Made by a program: the position numbers and the translations under genes. A model generated the notes under the pieces. That model was not told the DNA's origin. It did not search any database and saw only the letters and a program-made list of their open reading frames with translations. 64,000 nucleotides of DNA from a virus (lineage: Duplodnaviria; Caudoviricetes). Where the stretch lies: positions 12,931 through 76,930 of the IMG/VR virus record IMGVR_UViG_3300029288_000145; one strand, 5' to 3'. Shown here in pieces: positions 44,869 to 55,700 of the stretch; position 1 is the stretch's first letter, and each line of letters begins with the position of its first letter.

Positions 44869-45773
44869 ACTGTTTTCCTTATTATTGCTGTTTCATAACC
44901 AAGAGCTTTAAGTATCCCTGCCCGGTGGCATCCGTCTATAAGGCGGTTGTCGGTACGTACTACAAGAGGACTTTTCAATCCTTTGAGCTTTACATTATTA
45001 TACAAGTCCAGTTTACTTAATAAGAAATTGTCTGCTTCTTTTTCAGACCATTTTTTACTCCTGTATTTGCGCAAAAAGTTGGCGTATTCGGACTTCATGG
45101 GACTATGGCTGGTATAGAAATCCATTGTGCTGTCACTATTTCCTATTGATTTAATAGGCACCCGGTCAAGGTGTTTGCTTTTAAATATGATAGACGACAT
45201 CTCCCTGGGTGACGGGTCTCCTTCTGGATTTATCCAGGGAATATAACCGGTTTCCTCCCAGTCTTTGAAGTATTCCCTGAGAGCTTCTATGGATGATAAC
45301 GCCCTCCATGATTTGTATGTTGTTTTTACGGTGACGATAAGGCAATATCTGGTCTTGTATTGTAGTTTGTCTAGATATTCAAGCCAATCAATGATTCTTA
45401 GGTGGTAGTGGACGTTTACAAGTACAGTAACATCAGCCAATGGAAGGAAATTAGTGGCTTTTGTTAGGTCGTCTAATATTATGTTGTAATCAAGGTCATG
45501 ATCATCACGGTATTTTATTCCTCGTTCCCATGCGCCTTTATCTGATTCAACTCCTATTACCCGTTTATATCCAAGTTCTTTTGCGAGACCCAGATATAAT
45601 CCGGCATTGCACCCACCTTCAATGTATGTCAGTTCTTTACATAGTTTTGGTAGTAAGGGAAGTACAAAGTAGTTCCATTTTCCCACGTCCCAGAATTTGC
45701 TGTTTTTTTCAAGTTCATACCTTTCGTTTGTGGGATCGCCAGGCAGGTGTTGATATACGTTGTATTCTTTCAT
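44865..45773 (-). CDS. SAM methyltransferase fused to a ParB/Srx-like C-terminal domain
   Basis: IEGGCNAGLY...VIGVESD; C-terminal GLKSPLVV...RLIDGCHRAGILKALG. Confidence 0.7.
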   Translation of the reverse strand: MKEYNVYQHLPGDPTNERYELEKNSKFWDVGKWNYFVLPLLPKLCKELTYIEGGCNAGLYLGLAKELGYKRVIGVESDKGAWERGIKYRDDHDLDYNIILDDLTKATNFLPLADVTVLVNVHYHLRIIDWLEYLDKLQYKTRYCLIVTVKTTYKSWRALSSIEALREYFKDWEETGYIPWINPEGDPSPREMSSIIFKSKHLDRVPIKSIGNSDSTMDFYTSHSPMKSEYANFLRKYRSKKWSEKEADNFLLSKLDLYNNVKLKGLKSPLVVRTDNRLIDGCHRAGILKALGYETAIIRKTV

Positions 45774-46547
45774 TTATATCCCCCACCTTGGTTTAATTAT
45801 ATTGTTATAGTAATTTTCCCATGTCTCCCGGCTGTAATTGAATGATGCCCTGGAAAGTTCCCCAGAATAATGGTGTGTGCGCTTAAAACTCCTGTGTTTG
45901 TGTGCGTGGAAGGTGTTTTTGTTTAACATCAACTTACCGCCACGTACCCATGTTTTAAACACCATCTCATGACTGTCCTGGTAGTGCGTACCATATCCCT
46001 CGGATTGTAATTCCTTGATACAGAAATCCCACCACGATTTTTTCATAATCCATACAGAACCCTGGATGGCCATGTTCTCGGCAATGGCAACATTTTTTAA
46101 TTGTTCATCCCGTTCCGGCCATGCCACAGAACTGAATTTTTGTTCCTTGCCGACAATTAGTAGTTTGCAGAAATTTACCGGTGGTAAGTCCATTATTTTC
46201 CATTTCTCCGGGTCGAGATAGTACCTTGTTGGTGCCACTATCCAGTTGTCCTCAAATGTTTCGGTAAGTTTTTTGTCGTATCCTTCACTAAACAGGCAGT
46301 GTTCATCAGTTCTCATGATGAATTCTCCCTTGGCAACGGCAACTCCATGATTTATAGCATTACGCATACCATGTGCTTGTCCGTTGTGGACGATTTTTAT
46401 TCTCCTGTCATTTCTCAATTGTTTTTCCGGCCAATAGCCATCTAAGACTGCAATGATCTCAACATCTCCCTCTGCATTGTCAAGTAATGAGTCAATGGTT
46501 GGGTGAAGAAACGGGTCTTTGTAGCTTGGAATTATTACAGAAAGCAT
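45774..46547 (-). CDS. Glycosyltransferase family 2 (paralog of 40640-41584)
   Basis: LSVIIPSYKD, IIAVLDG, NAINHG, MRTDEHC, IQGSVWIM. Confidence 0.88.
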   Translation of the reverse strand: MLSVIIPSYKDPFLHPTIDSLLDNAEGDVEIIAVLDGYWPEKQLRNDRRIKIVHNGQAHGMRNAINHGVAVAKGEFIMRTDEHCLFSEGYDKKLTETFEDNWIVAPTRYYLDPEKWKIMDLPPVNFCKLLIVGKEQKFSSVAWPERDEQLKNVAIAENMAIQGSVWIMKKSWWDFCIKELQSEGYGTHYQDSHEMVFKTWVRGGKLMLNKNTFHAHKHRSFKRTHHYSGELSRASFNYSRETWENYYNNIIKPRWGI

Positions 46548-46561
46548 TTATTATTATTTTA

Positions 46562-47437
46562 TTATGGTTCATTTGCTATTGATACAAAGTCAAAGGTGTC
46601 CAAATTTGTGTCTCTTATGAATCCAAGATACATACATTTACCGGCAATGGTTGTCCCTGGTAAAAGTCCACACTTGTCTTTAAATTTTCCACCATATGTT
46701 AATAACCTGGGCACACCGTTGTCATATATCCTGATCCTTTTGTTTCTTCCATTGGCAACAACGCCGGTGGGATTGTTTATGAGTAGGTCGGTGTCAAGTG
46801 CCGTGAATTCAATGTCGTCATAGGAACCGAAGTCTGGCGTAAATGGACTGGTGGTGGTGGTTAATGTCAATACCCTGGGTGCGGGAATAACGGGTGTTGT
46901 CAGTTCTAATCCGGTTTCACCGGCATTTACTGTAGGAACTTTGCCGGCATTACCGGTATAGGATTTTGTTATGCTGTCGGTAAGACTTAGAAATGATTGT
47001 ACGGAATAAATATCATCCGGCCATGAGTAGGTTAAATCCACCTGTGGCAGATATTGGGCTTTTATCGTTATGACGAATATTATAGCAACCGGAGGAGACG
47101 CAGGAGTACCACTAAGAGCGTAAGCACCTGAAGTATTAAGAGTAGTCGTAATAAGAACGCCACCCGCTGTATATGCAGGGGTTTCTGTAGGTACACCATT
47201 AATTTCAGTAATAATAGCATCAGCCAACCCCGGAAACCTGTCGGGTGAGATTGTGTAAAGCGTAGGAGATACTGAGCCACCCCCGACTTTTGGGACTGTA
47301 ACTGTTCCTGTGTTTGCTGTAATACTGTTCCAAATCGGGATAACATAGTCTATGTTTTTTAATAAGTTAATATCTGTTTCATAGTCCTTGTGGTCGTGCA
47401 TTAACCATCCAAACCGCTTGTCTATTTGTATAGCCAT
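46562..47437 (-). CDS. Tail fibre/virion structural protein candidate
   Basis: Thr/Pro/Gly-rich beta character; YTGNAGKVPTVNAGETGLE linker typical of fibre proteins. Confidence 0.6.
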   Translation of the reverse strand: MAIQIDKRFGWLMHDHKDYETDINLLKNIDYVIPIWNSITANTGTVTVPKVGGGSVSPTLYTISPDRFPGLADAIITEINGVPTETPAYTAGGVLITTTLNTSGAYALSGTPASPPVAIIFVITIKAQYLPQVDLTYSWPDDIYSVQSFLSLTDSITKSYTGNAGKVPTVNAGETGLELTTPVIPAPRVLTLTTTTSPFTPDFGSYDDIEFTALDTDLLINNPTGVVANGRNKRIRIYDNGVPRLLTYGGKFKDKCGLLPGTTIAGKCMYLGFIRDTNLDTFDFVSIANEP

Positions 47438-47440
47438 AAA

Positions 47441-47728
47441 TTAAGATGTTTTGTGAAGTACCCATCCGGTATATGATCTTAATGTTGCTAATACGCCAGC
47501 ACCAGTGTCTATGGGGTTATCATACCTGTCACTTTTATAACACTCGAACTTTGCTATACCAGAAGAACTTTCGTCAATTCTTATTACCCTCCATTTGGGG
47601 TCTGTAAATGCTGTGCCTTGTTCAGCCGGATAACACATATATGTCATGCTATTGACGGTATCCTCGACAATATATGGGATGCTGAATACATCCCGCAACA
47701 CCTGTAATATTTCCTGGTCGATCTTCAT
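47441..47728 (-). CDS. Small virion-region protein
   Basis: 95-aa ORF with KWRVIRID motif. Confidence 0.55.
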   Translation of the reverse strand: MKIDQEILQVLRDVFSIPYIVEDTVNSMTYMCYPAEQGTAFTDPKWRVIRIDESSSGIAKFECYKSDRYDNPIDTGAGVLATLRSYTGWVLHKTS

Positions 47729-48183
47729 TATGCAATGGCAATGTATGTTAATGTTCCCGGAGCAACGGCGGTGATAGCAAACCCATTCTTGGTCAGACTT
47801 GATGGAACGCCAACACCAACACTATCAACATCGTTTATTAATAATGTGTATGTTGCAGTAGGAAGTGGTGCATCAAATGTGATTGTATTTGCACCTGTGG
47901 TAAGTTCAACCTGTCCCTCGGCAATGCTTGTTTCGTGGCAGTATCCCTCAATGGCCGTAACGAAGTCGTCAAATGTTGCTGTGGATGGTGACGATGTGTC
48001 AAGCCAGTTCAAAATTACCTTGGCTGGTTCATAAAAGCCATCACCTGATATGTATAGGTGTACTTCGTTTTTTGCCGGAACCGGGTTTATTGAACTTATG
48101 TATCCCTTATTGACGATACGTTTGCGCCCTGAATTCCTTAATATTGTTATGTAATCCGTTCCGTTTGTTACTGATGTAGTCAT
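47728..48183 (-). CDS. Small virion-region protein
   Basis: 151-aa ORF; C-terminal domain resembles gp53-like fibre modules. Confidence 0.55.
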   Translation of the reverse strand: MTTSVTNGTDYITILRNSGRKRIVNKGYISSINPVPAKNEVHLYISGDGFYEPAKVILNWLDTSSPSTATFDDFVTAIEGYCHETSIAEGQVELTTGANTITFDAPLPTATYTLLINDVDSVGVGVPSSLTKNGFAITAVAPGTLTYIAIA

Positions 48184-48210
48184 TTTTATACTTTTTAATT
48201 GTTATTAATA

Positions 48211-49716
48211 TTAACCTGCACCTGATGGACTGGTTGATAAGGATGTTGATACTGAGGATGATATACTTGTTGATGGACTAAATGAAACCGAACTTGATAC
48301 AGAGGTAGATTCACTGCTTGATATTGATGTCGATGGGCTTACAGATGAGGATGGACTGCTGGATATACTTGTGGATGGCGATATTGATATGGAAGTAGAA
48401 AGACTTGTTGATATTGAAGTCGATGGACTTGTAGATGGTGATGTGGATATACTGGTTGAAGGACTTGTAGAAATTGATGTGGAGGGACTGATAGATATTG
48501 ATGTCGATATGCTGGTAGATGGACTATTTGATATAGATGTTGAAGGACTGAGGGAGATTGATGTGGACGGTGATGTTGATGGACTGGATGATACCGAAGT
48601 TGAAAGACTTGATGATATTGAGGTTGAGGGGCTGATAGAACTGGATAAAGAACTCGATATACTGCGTGACGGGGAACTTGACCTACTTAGCGATGGCGAT
48701 GTTGATATAGAAGTACTTGGTGATATTGATACACTGCTCGACAAACTGCGTGATGGTGAAGTTGATGGACTTAATGACGGTGATGTTGATACTGATGTCG
48801 ATGGACTCAATGACGAGGATATACTTGACGACACACTTATTGACGGCGATGTTGATATTGAGGTCGAGGGTGATATTGAAACGCTACTGGAAACACTTGT
48901 CGATGGTGAACTGGATACACTGGTCGATGGGGAAGTACTGATACTTGTCGACACCGATGTTGATACCGAACTGGATACACTGGTTGATGCAGAACTTGAT
49001 ATTGAACTGGAAGGACTGGTTGATATACTGCTTGATATTGACAACGAAGGGCTGACAGATAATGATGGGCTACTGGATACCGATGTAGACGGACTGTGTG
49101 ATATTGAACTGGATATACTTGTTGAGGGTGAAAATGCGTCCCTGTGTGTAACCTGCCAGATGTTTGCAACAACATTTATGGCTCTTTCCATTACGGTGCC
49201 GGCAGCCGTCCAGCTTTCCCGGTAGTCACCATTTGACAACGTGCCATTTACGGTGTAGTATATGTAATCACCGTCAACATACGTGTTCCCGTGTGGGTTT
49301 GATGCGGCGATTATCTTGGCAAGTAATTGTGTAGTATTCAGGTCAATAGACATGAGGCACTGACCTAATTTGGTATCATTGTATGTAAGCAATGACATTG
49401 TTGAATTAACCGGCATTGCTTTGAAATAAATTATTTCATCACAACTTATGATATTCAATGCGTTTACCAATTCACCACCCTTGGTAAGTACAGGAAGTTC
49501 AACTCTTGTTCCTGGGACAAACTCATCGACCATAGCCAATAAGCTGGCATATGTTTCGGTTGTAATGTATTTGAAGGTCAGAAAGGCTTCCTGGTATTCA
49601 AATTGACGGGTACTCCCCTTGTCTCTGATGTTTGACATACGACCCACATTGAAATACTTAGTCTCGCTGTGTGCTGTATTGTTCTTTTTTGTGGTGGTTA
49701 AATAGGCGAACTGCAT
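48211..49716 (-). CDS. Virion-region protein with about 300-aa C-terminal Ser-rich tail
   Basis: About 195-aa N-terminal domain followed by S-P-S-T-S-I-S repeats (about 48225-49125). Confidence 0.75.
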   Translation of the reverse strand: MQFAYLTTTKKNNTAHSETKYFNVGRMSNIRDKGSTRQFEYQEAFLTFKYITTETYASLLAMVDEFVPGTRVELPVLTKGGELVNALNIISCDEIIYFKAMPVNSTMSLLTYNDTKLGQCLMSIDLNTTQLLAKIIAASNPHGNTYVDGDYIYYTVNGTLSNGDYRESWTAAGTVMERAINVVANIWQVTHRDAFSPSTSISSSISHSPSTSVSSSPSLSVSPSLSISSSISTSPSSSISSSASTSVSSSVSTSVSTSISTSPSTSVSSSPSTSVSSSVSISPSTSISTSPSISVSSSISSSLSPSTSVSTSPSLSPSTSPSRSLSSSVSISPSTSISTSPSLSRSSSPSRSISSSLSSSISPSTSISSSLSTSVSSSPSTSPSTSISLSPSTSISNSPSTSISTSISISPSTSISTSPSTSISTSPSTSPSTSISTSLSTSISISPSTSISSSPSSSVSPSTSISSSESTSVSSSVSFSPSTSISSSVSTSLSTSPSGAG

Positions 49717-49731
49717 TGCTTTTTTTGTTTA

Positions 49732-49769
49732 CAAAATTAGTAAATAATAACTGCGTTTCAAAGTTGAGG
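49732..49769 (-). promoter_or_regulatory. Sigma-A type promoter, class B
   Basis: CTCAACTTTG, N19, TAATTTTG; overlaps the stop of the 2408-aa gene. Confidence 0.65.
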
Positions 49770-52700
49770 CATTTCAGTCTCTTTCTCTTTTTCTAATTTT
49801 CTCTCCTGCTTTTCAAGTTTATCAAAATCTGTCTCTTCATCTATTTTAATATTGGGGTTAATTTTCTTTAATTCTGTGGCATATTTTAATATAAAATACA
49901 TTCTTGCCCATTTCTGTCCCTGTTCGTAATCGTCTCTTAATTTTTCCTTTAGTTCATCATGGGTTATTTCTTCATCATCAATATTATTAAGATCAACGGC
50001 GGCTAGTCTTAATTTTGCCTGGTTGCTCATTCTGGAATATTCAGAATATAATTTACTTGATAATTTAATTTTTTCTCCACTTATAACAAGCGTATGTGAT
50101 GGTGATGTTGGCAATAACTCGCTGTCTCCGGTTGTTTTATAAAGACTATAAAGCCTGTAATATGGATGTTTTGTATCTACTTTTCTTCCTTTAAATATGC
50201 TGAATAAATTGAATAATACATCATTACGACCTTCTGGTGCTATGGGTATTTGCTCTCCGGATATATCAATCTTTGGCGCAAGTTCTTTTCCACTAAACAA
50301 CCTTATCTTTTGACGGTTAAGTATAGTTTGCCACATATCCTCATCCTTTGTTTCCTTTAATACTTCCAATTTACTCCTGCTTATTGTAGATAGCCAGTTT
50401 GGTACTAATGGTAGCGTTGTGGTATTTATCATGGCATTTAACCATTCCGTACCATACCTATCTCCGTCCTGTAGTGCATTTAAGGTATTACTGGTTCCCT
50501 GAACAAATGGTTGTTCAAGCGATATACTGGCCAAAGAACTTATTTTGTTAAATACTTCTGTCACGCTAAATTTTAACTCATTCATATCTTTTATTTCTTT
50601 GGCGGACATACCTTTATACTTGCTTGCATTGAGTCCAACAACCATCCCTACTATTCCGGTTTTGTTATATGCAATACGGCGGTCTCCATCTTTCGCTCCA
50701 CCTTTGGAGTTTCCCATAATCCAACGCATTAACAGGCTGGTATTAAGTTCGTATGGTCTGTCAAATTTGTACCTCATTTCTTTAACAGCCTCATCCTCTT
50801 CTTTTATAGAACCTGATACTATGTCATTCTGTACTAACTGGCCTATGACATATTGCAGGGTCATTCCGACCAAGTATGTATTGAGACTGTTTATGGCCTT
50901 ATATTTTTCACCCCTAGAGGCATGATATAAAAATGTCAACATATTCAGTTCGGGTATTCCGATCATAACAAATCGCTTGAATACATTGAGCGGTGTTCTC
51001 ATAAATAGAAATTGGGAACGAGCTAATACTTTTAAGGCGGCTCCGATAACGGGTTTATCTCCTAAATAATTTACGATATTTACAACGGATTTCTCTATGG
51101 CACCGGGTAATCCCATTTTCTCCTGATATACTTCGTTTTTGCCATACATTTTTATTTCTTCCGACTCTACTTTAGACCTCACCCCATATGATTCATTGGC
51201 CTTTACCAGTGCCTTCTCATATTTTTCAGGAACCCATAATCCATCATGGTCTTTGTAATAATACTTGCCATCTTCCTCTTTAAAGTATCCCGCATCAACA
51301 AGTTCTTTCTCTTCAAGTGGTTTTAGTTCGTCTATTAATGTAAACCTGTCCAAAGATTCTCCCTTTAATCCCTTGGCACCACCCATTCCAGCCGCCTTAG
51401 ATGCCTCGGCAGCATTTCTGAACGGTAGGTCTCCTAGTTCGAGCATCTTTGCAACAATAGCAGCATCAACACCAAATAATCCCTCCATGAATTTGCGTGT
51501 TCTTTTTAATACAGAACGTTTTTCACCATCAGGTAATTTCTCAAATGATTCGTAAAAAGATTTTAGTGGATGAATTTTCTGTGTCAGTTCTCTAGCGGCG
51601 AAGTCCTGTTGAAGTGGCATATCAAATTTCTGCCTCCAAAGAATATCAACTTGCCTGGATAGTTCTTTTAAATATGCCTTTTGTGCTGTTGGGAAATCAT
51701 TCACTACCTTTTGCCATGACTTTATTCCAAGCAATTTACCCATTCCGGCAATAGCAAATTCACTGCCGGCATTAAGGGCTTCTATTGGTGTCCTAAACAC
51801 AAATCTGTCTAATGCGTTGGCTAGTGGATTCTGTATAAGTGATACGGGTGTCAGTGCTTTTAATTGCATCATTGATACAAACCAGTCGCCAAACTTGCCG
51901 TCTTTTTTATAAAACTCCGACAGTTCCTCGTTAGCCTTGCGTGCTTTATATATTTTATTATCAAATTCACGTAATAATTTTCTGTTTGACGGGTCTTTTG
52001 AAAGCACGTCCATAGCATCGGCACCTTCGTTTATAACATCAACAAGTTTCCTTATTTTAGCCTCCATTTCGGGTGTCATTGATTTATACCCAAGAGCTTC
52101 GGCTATTTTGTTTTTAAATTCCGTGTCCGTAAAGGTGTCTTTTTCTATCCAGTCGTTTATAGAGTCAAGTATAAATTTAGCCTTCTTATCTGGCCTCATT
52201 TCAGACATTTTTTCATCCAATTTGGTTATCAGATTCTTTAATTTATCCGTCCTGAGTTCTTCAATATGTGATAATATTTCTCCTTTATGGGTATTTATAA
52301 AATCATCATGCCCTGAACCAAACTTATAGGCAATTTTTTCTTTAATAAGATCAATCAATTCTTCTCCAAGTGCCTCTGTTTCAAGATAAATAGCCTTTCC
52401 TAACTTTTTAAGTGCATTAACCAGCGTAACCTCTTCTTCTGGCATTAGTGTTTTTCTGGCACCAAATATTGTTGCCAGATCATCCATAGCTTCACCGGCC
52501 AATTTCCTTGCTTCTTTTTTCTTAAATTCTATATGGGGTTTGGGTGGCCGTTGACGTGGTGGAAGTACTTTGAGTTCGTCAAGTTGCCTTTTTAACTCCT
52601 CTATGGTTATTTCCTTGCCCTTTATGGCATCTTTTAATTTTGTCAGTTCAGACTTTAATTCATCAATGTATTCGTTTGTGTATTGACTTTCAATTTTTTC

Positions 52701-55700
52701 ATGGTTATTTTTTTCCATTTTACCACGCACTTCGCCAATAATAGTCTGTGGCTGATTCCTTATTTGTTCATATACCCACTTATTTGCCTGTATCTGCTGG
52801 CCACTTTCCTTATTCCATTCTTTTAACATAGATACAAGTGATATATACTTTTTCTCATTACGCAATTGTTCGGTTTTATTGCCGGATTTAACTGCCTCGT
52901 TTATTCTGTTGGAATATTCTGACAATAACATTCCGGCAACAACATTTCTTGTATCTGGAGGTATTTCGTTTTTAGTGTTTTTTACCTGCGAGTCAAGCAT
53001 TTCTATACCACCATCAGCCTCTCTGGCAGCTTCAATAAGTGCCTTGGCTTCTTTGGTTACAAATGGCTTCTGTCTTTGCAAATACTCATCCCCGCTTTCT
53101 TTTAAGTGTTCGGCTAATTCCGGATTCTTTTCGCTAAGTATTTCTGTCATGTTTTTAATGACAGAATATTTCCTGGTTCCCGGAGTGGATGGTTCTTCAT
53201 CCCTCTTTTTTCGTACCTTACCCAAGGCTGATTCAACCAACTCCTGTGCCTTTTCTGCCGATATTTTTAATTGCTTGATGATTTCTTCCTTAACCCTATC
53301 AAACAGTTCCTCTCCTTTTATGCCAAACTTCTCAGCCATGCCCTCTGCAATTTGCTTTATTGCCTTTATAACATCTGGTTTAATACCTCCCTCAATATCC
53401 ATCTTGGCACCGAAAGCCTTGGCAAGATCATCAAAGCCACCTGAAATTTTATCATCAGCAACTTTTAACTTTTCCTCTTTTGTTTTCTTTACTGGTTTGG
53501 GCTTTACTGGTTCGGCTTCGGCGGATTTGACTTCTCCTTCTCTGATTTGTTCAGCTTTTCCTGCATCAACATCGCCAGGTAAATTTTCCTCGCTGCGTCC
53601 TTTTTCGTGTTTTTCTTTTTCATTTTTTAAATAATTTAATGCTTCAACTTTATCCTTTTTTGTAAATAATACTCCGTCAAAAAATTTGGTTTCGTCTTTT
53701 TCAAGATTTTTGATTATCTGATCAATACCATTATATGGTGGCTCATCAGTTTCATCCATCCACCGACTTAGTGCATCTGGTACATTGTTTTGTGTTTCTT
53801 CGGCATACTTTTCTACTTTTTTTATACGATCAATAATTTCTGGTATGCCATATTTTACCTTAACAGCCATCATTCCGGTTGCACCAGTTTCGTTAAATTC
53901 AACTTCTCCCTCATCAAAATCCTTTTTTAAGGATTCAAGGAGATCGTTTGCGGCTTTGCTTTTCTTACCCGCTTTTATATCTCTTAATGCCTGTTTTATT
54001 TGGCTTCTGCTAAGATTATTTCTTGGCATATAACCACCCAATTGTTCTAAATCACTACTTATTGTTTTTACAAAATCCTGAAATTCTGGCTCATAGTCTT
54101 TAAATGCTGGGGCTTGTTGTATAGATTCTGTTGTCGGCCTTTCACCAATACTCTTTAATTTTTTACCATCCTTAGTTTTGACTGTTATAAATCCCTTTGT
54201 CCCAAGTTCATATTTATATCCGAGTTCATTGGTGATGTTAATTATTTTATTTTTTAAACTGGCAGCTTTACTTGACTTCCTCTCTCGACCATCCATTTTT
54301 TCATACTGCTTGTATAAATCAACCAAGTCGTTGTGTTTCTTCCTTTGATTTGCTTTTTCTTGTTCCGGGGTTACAATGGGTTCTTCTTTTGCTCCCTCAA
54401 TAGTTCCCTTAATCACTTCCTCAACAGCTCCCTCAACTTCTTTTTCACTACCTCCAGCTCGTTCTCCAACCTCTCCTTCAACAACATCAGCTCCTTTATT
54501 TTCTCCTTCTGGCTTTTCTCTTTCGACATTTATTTCTTCCTCCCCACCTTTTTCACCTTCACCTTTTCCGGCAATGATTTCTGATTCGGCGTTTCTTTCG
54601 CCCATTTTTTCGCCATCCGGGGGTGTTTTAGGAACATCCACCTGGCCTGTTTCTTGCTTTTGAACGGCATTGTCTTGTTCTTTTATGTTTTCGTTAAACT
54701 TTTTGTCTGTTACAAATTTGCCGGCCTCTAACTGACCATTTATTATTTCCTCCAGTTGTGTTATGTATTCACCGATTTTTTCCTGCTTGGACTCTATTTG
54801 CTTGATGGTGTATTTCCGGTTATTAGATTTTTTTAAGTTCTCCAATTTCCAGTACTGATCGTGTAAATCATCGGCCAAGTTACCCAGTCTTTTGTTTATT
54901 ACCGGTTCATCTTTTTCAAGTTTATCCAGCGTTTCTATGGATGATTGTTTCAGGGAGATGTATGGTTCTGTTGGCAATCCCAGTTCTTTCTGGGCTGTTT
55001 CAGCTTTTTTATCTACCTCAACATTATTTTCCTTAATAGATTCCTGTTCTTTTATATAGTTTAATGTTTCTGTGAGGCGGTTTAGTCCATTTTGAAACGA
55101 TTGTTTATCCTCTGGTTTTAGTTCGGGAGACTCCATAGCCTTCTCTGTCTCCTTTATGGCTTTTTCAACATATGCCACCGGGTCGGCATCATATTCAGTA
55201 ATATCCTCTGGCCGGGTGGTTTCTATTTCTTTTCTAAATTCCGTTATTTTCTTTTCTGCAAATGCTATGGGGTCAAATTCTCCAATAAGTTTCGCTCCTG
55301 AGAGTGCATCGGCAACCGTTCCCTCACTTATGGCGGCACGGACAAAATCTAATTCCCCGTTTGTCAGAGGCTCCCTGCTAGACATTTTATTTACTATGGT
55401 TCGGGTCTGGTCAATGATGGCATCACCACCTATACGTGCTCCGTGAAGGATGGTCATAAAGGTTACCATATCCCACAACATCAATCCTTCCCTTTGTGGG
55501 TCAGTTAGTGTTGTAAGGTCAACACCACCGGCCTCTAATGCCTTGCTTACAGGTGCAAGCAAGTACTCGGTATATTTAGCTGCCGGGGTCATGTTGGCTA
55601 TACTTATGGTGGCATTAAATCCCTGTAGTCCTGGATTAAAGAACCCAAGGGGAACGTTTAGTACTTTTCCAAACTTACCGGCACCGGACAACATTATATC

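Noticed and set aside
48371-49225. 284-aa acidic antisense ORF (and the similar 39011-39397)
   Set aside because: Same shadow-frame effect, coinciding exactly with the Ser-rich tracts.
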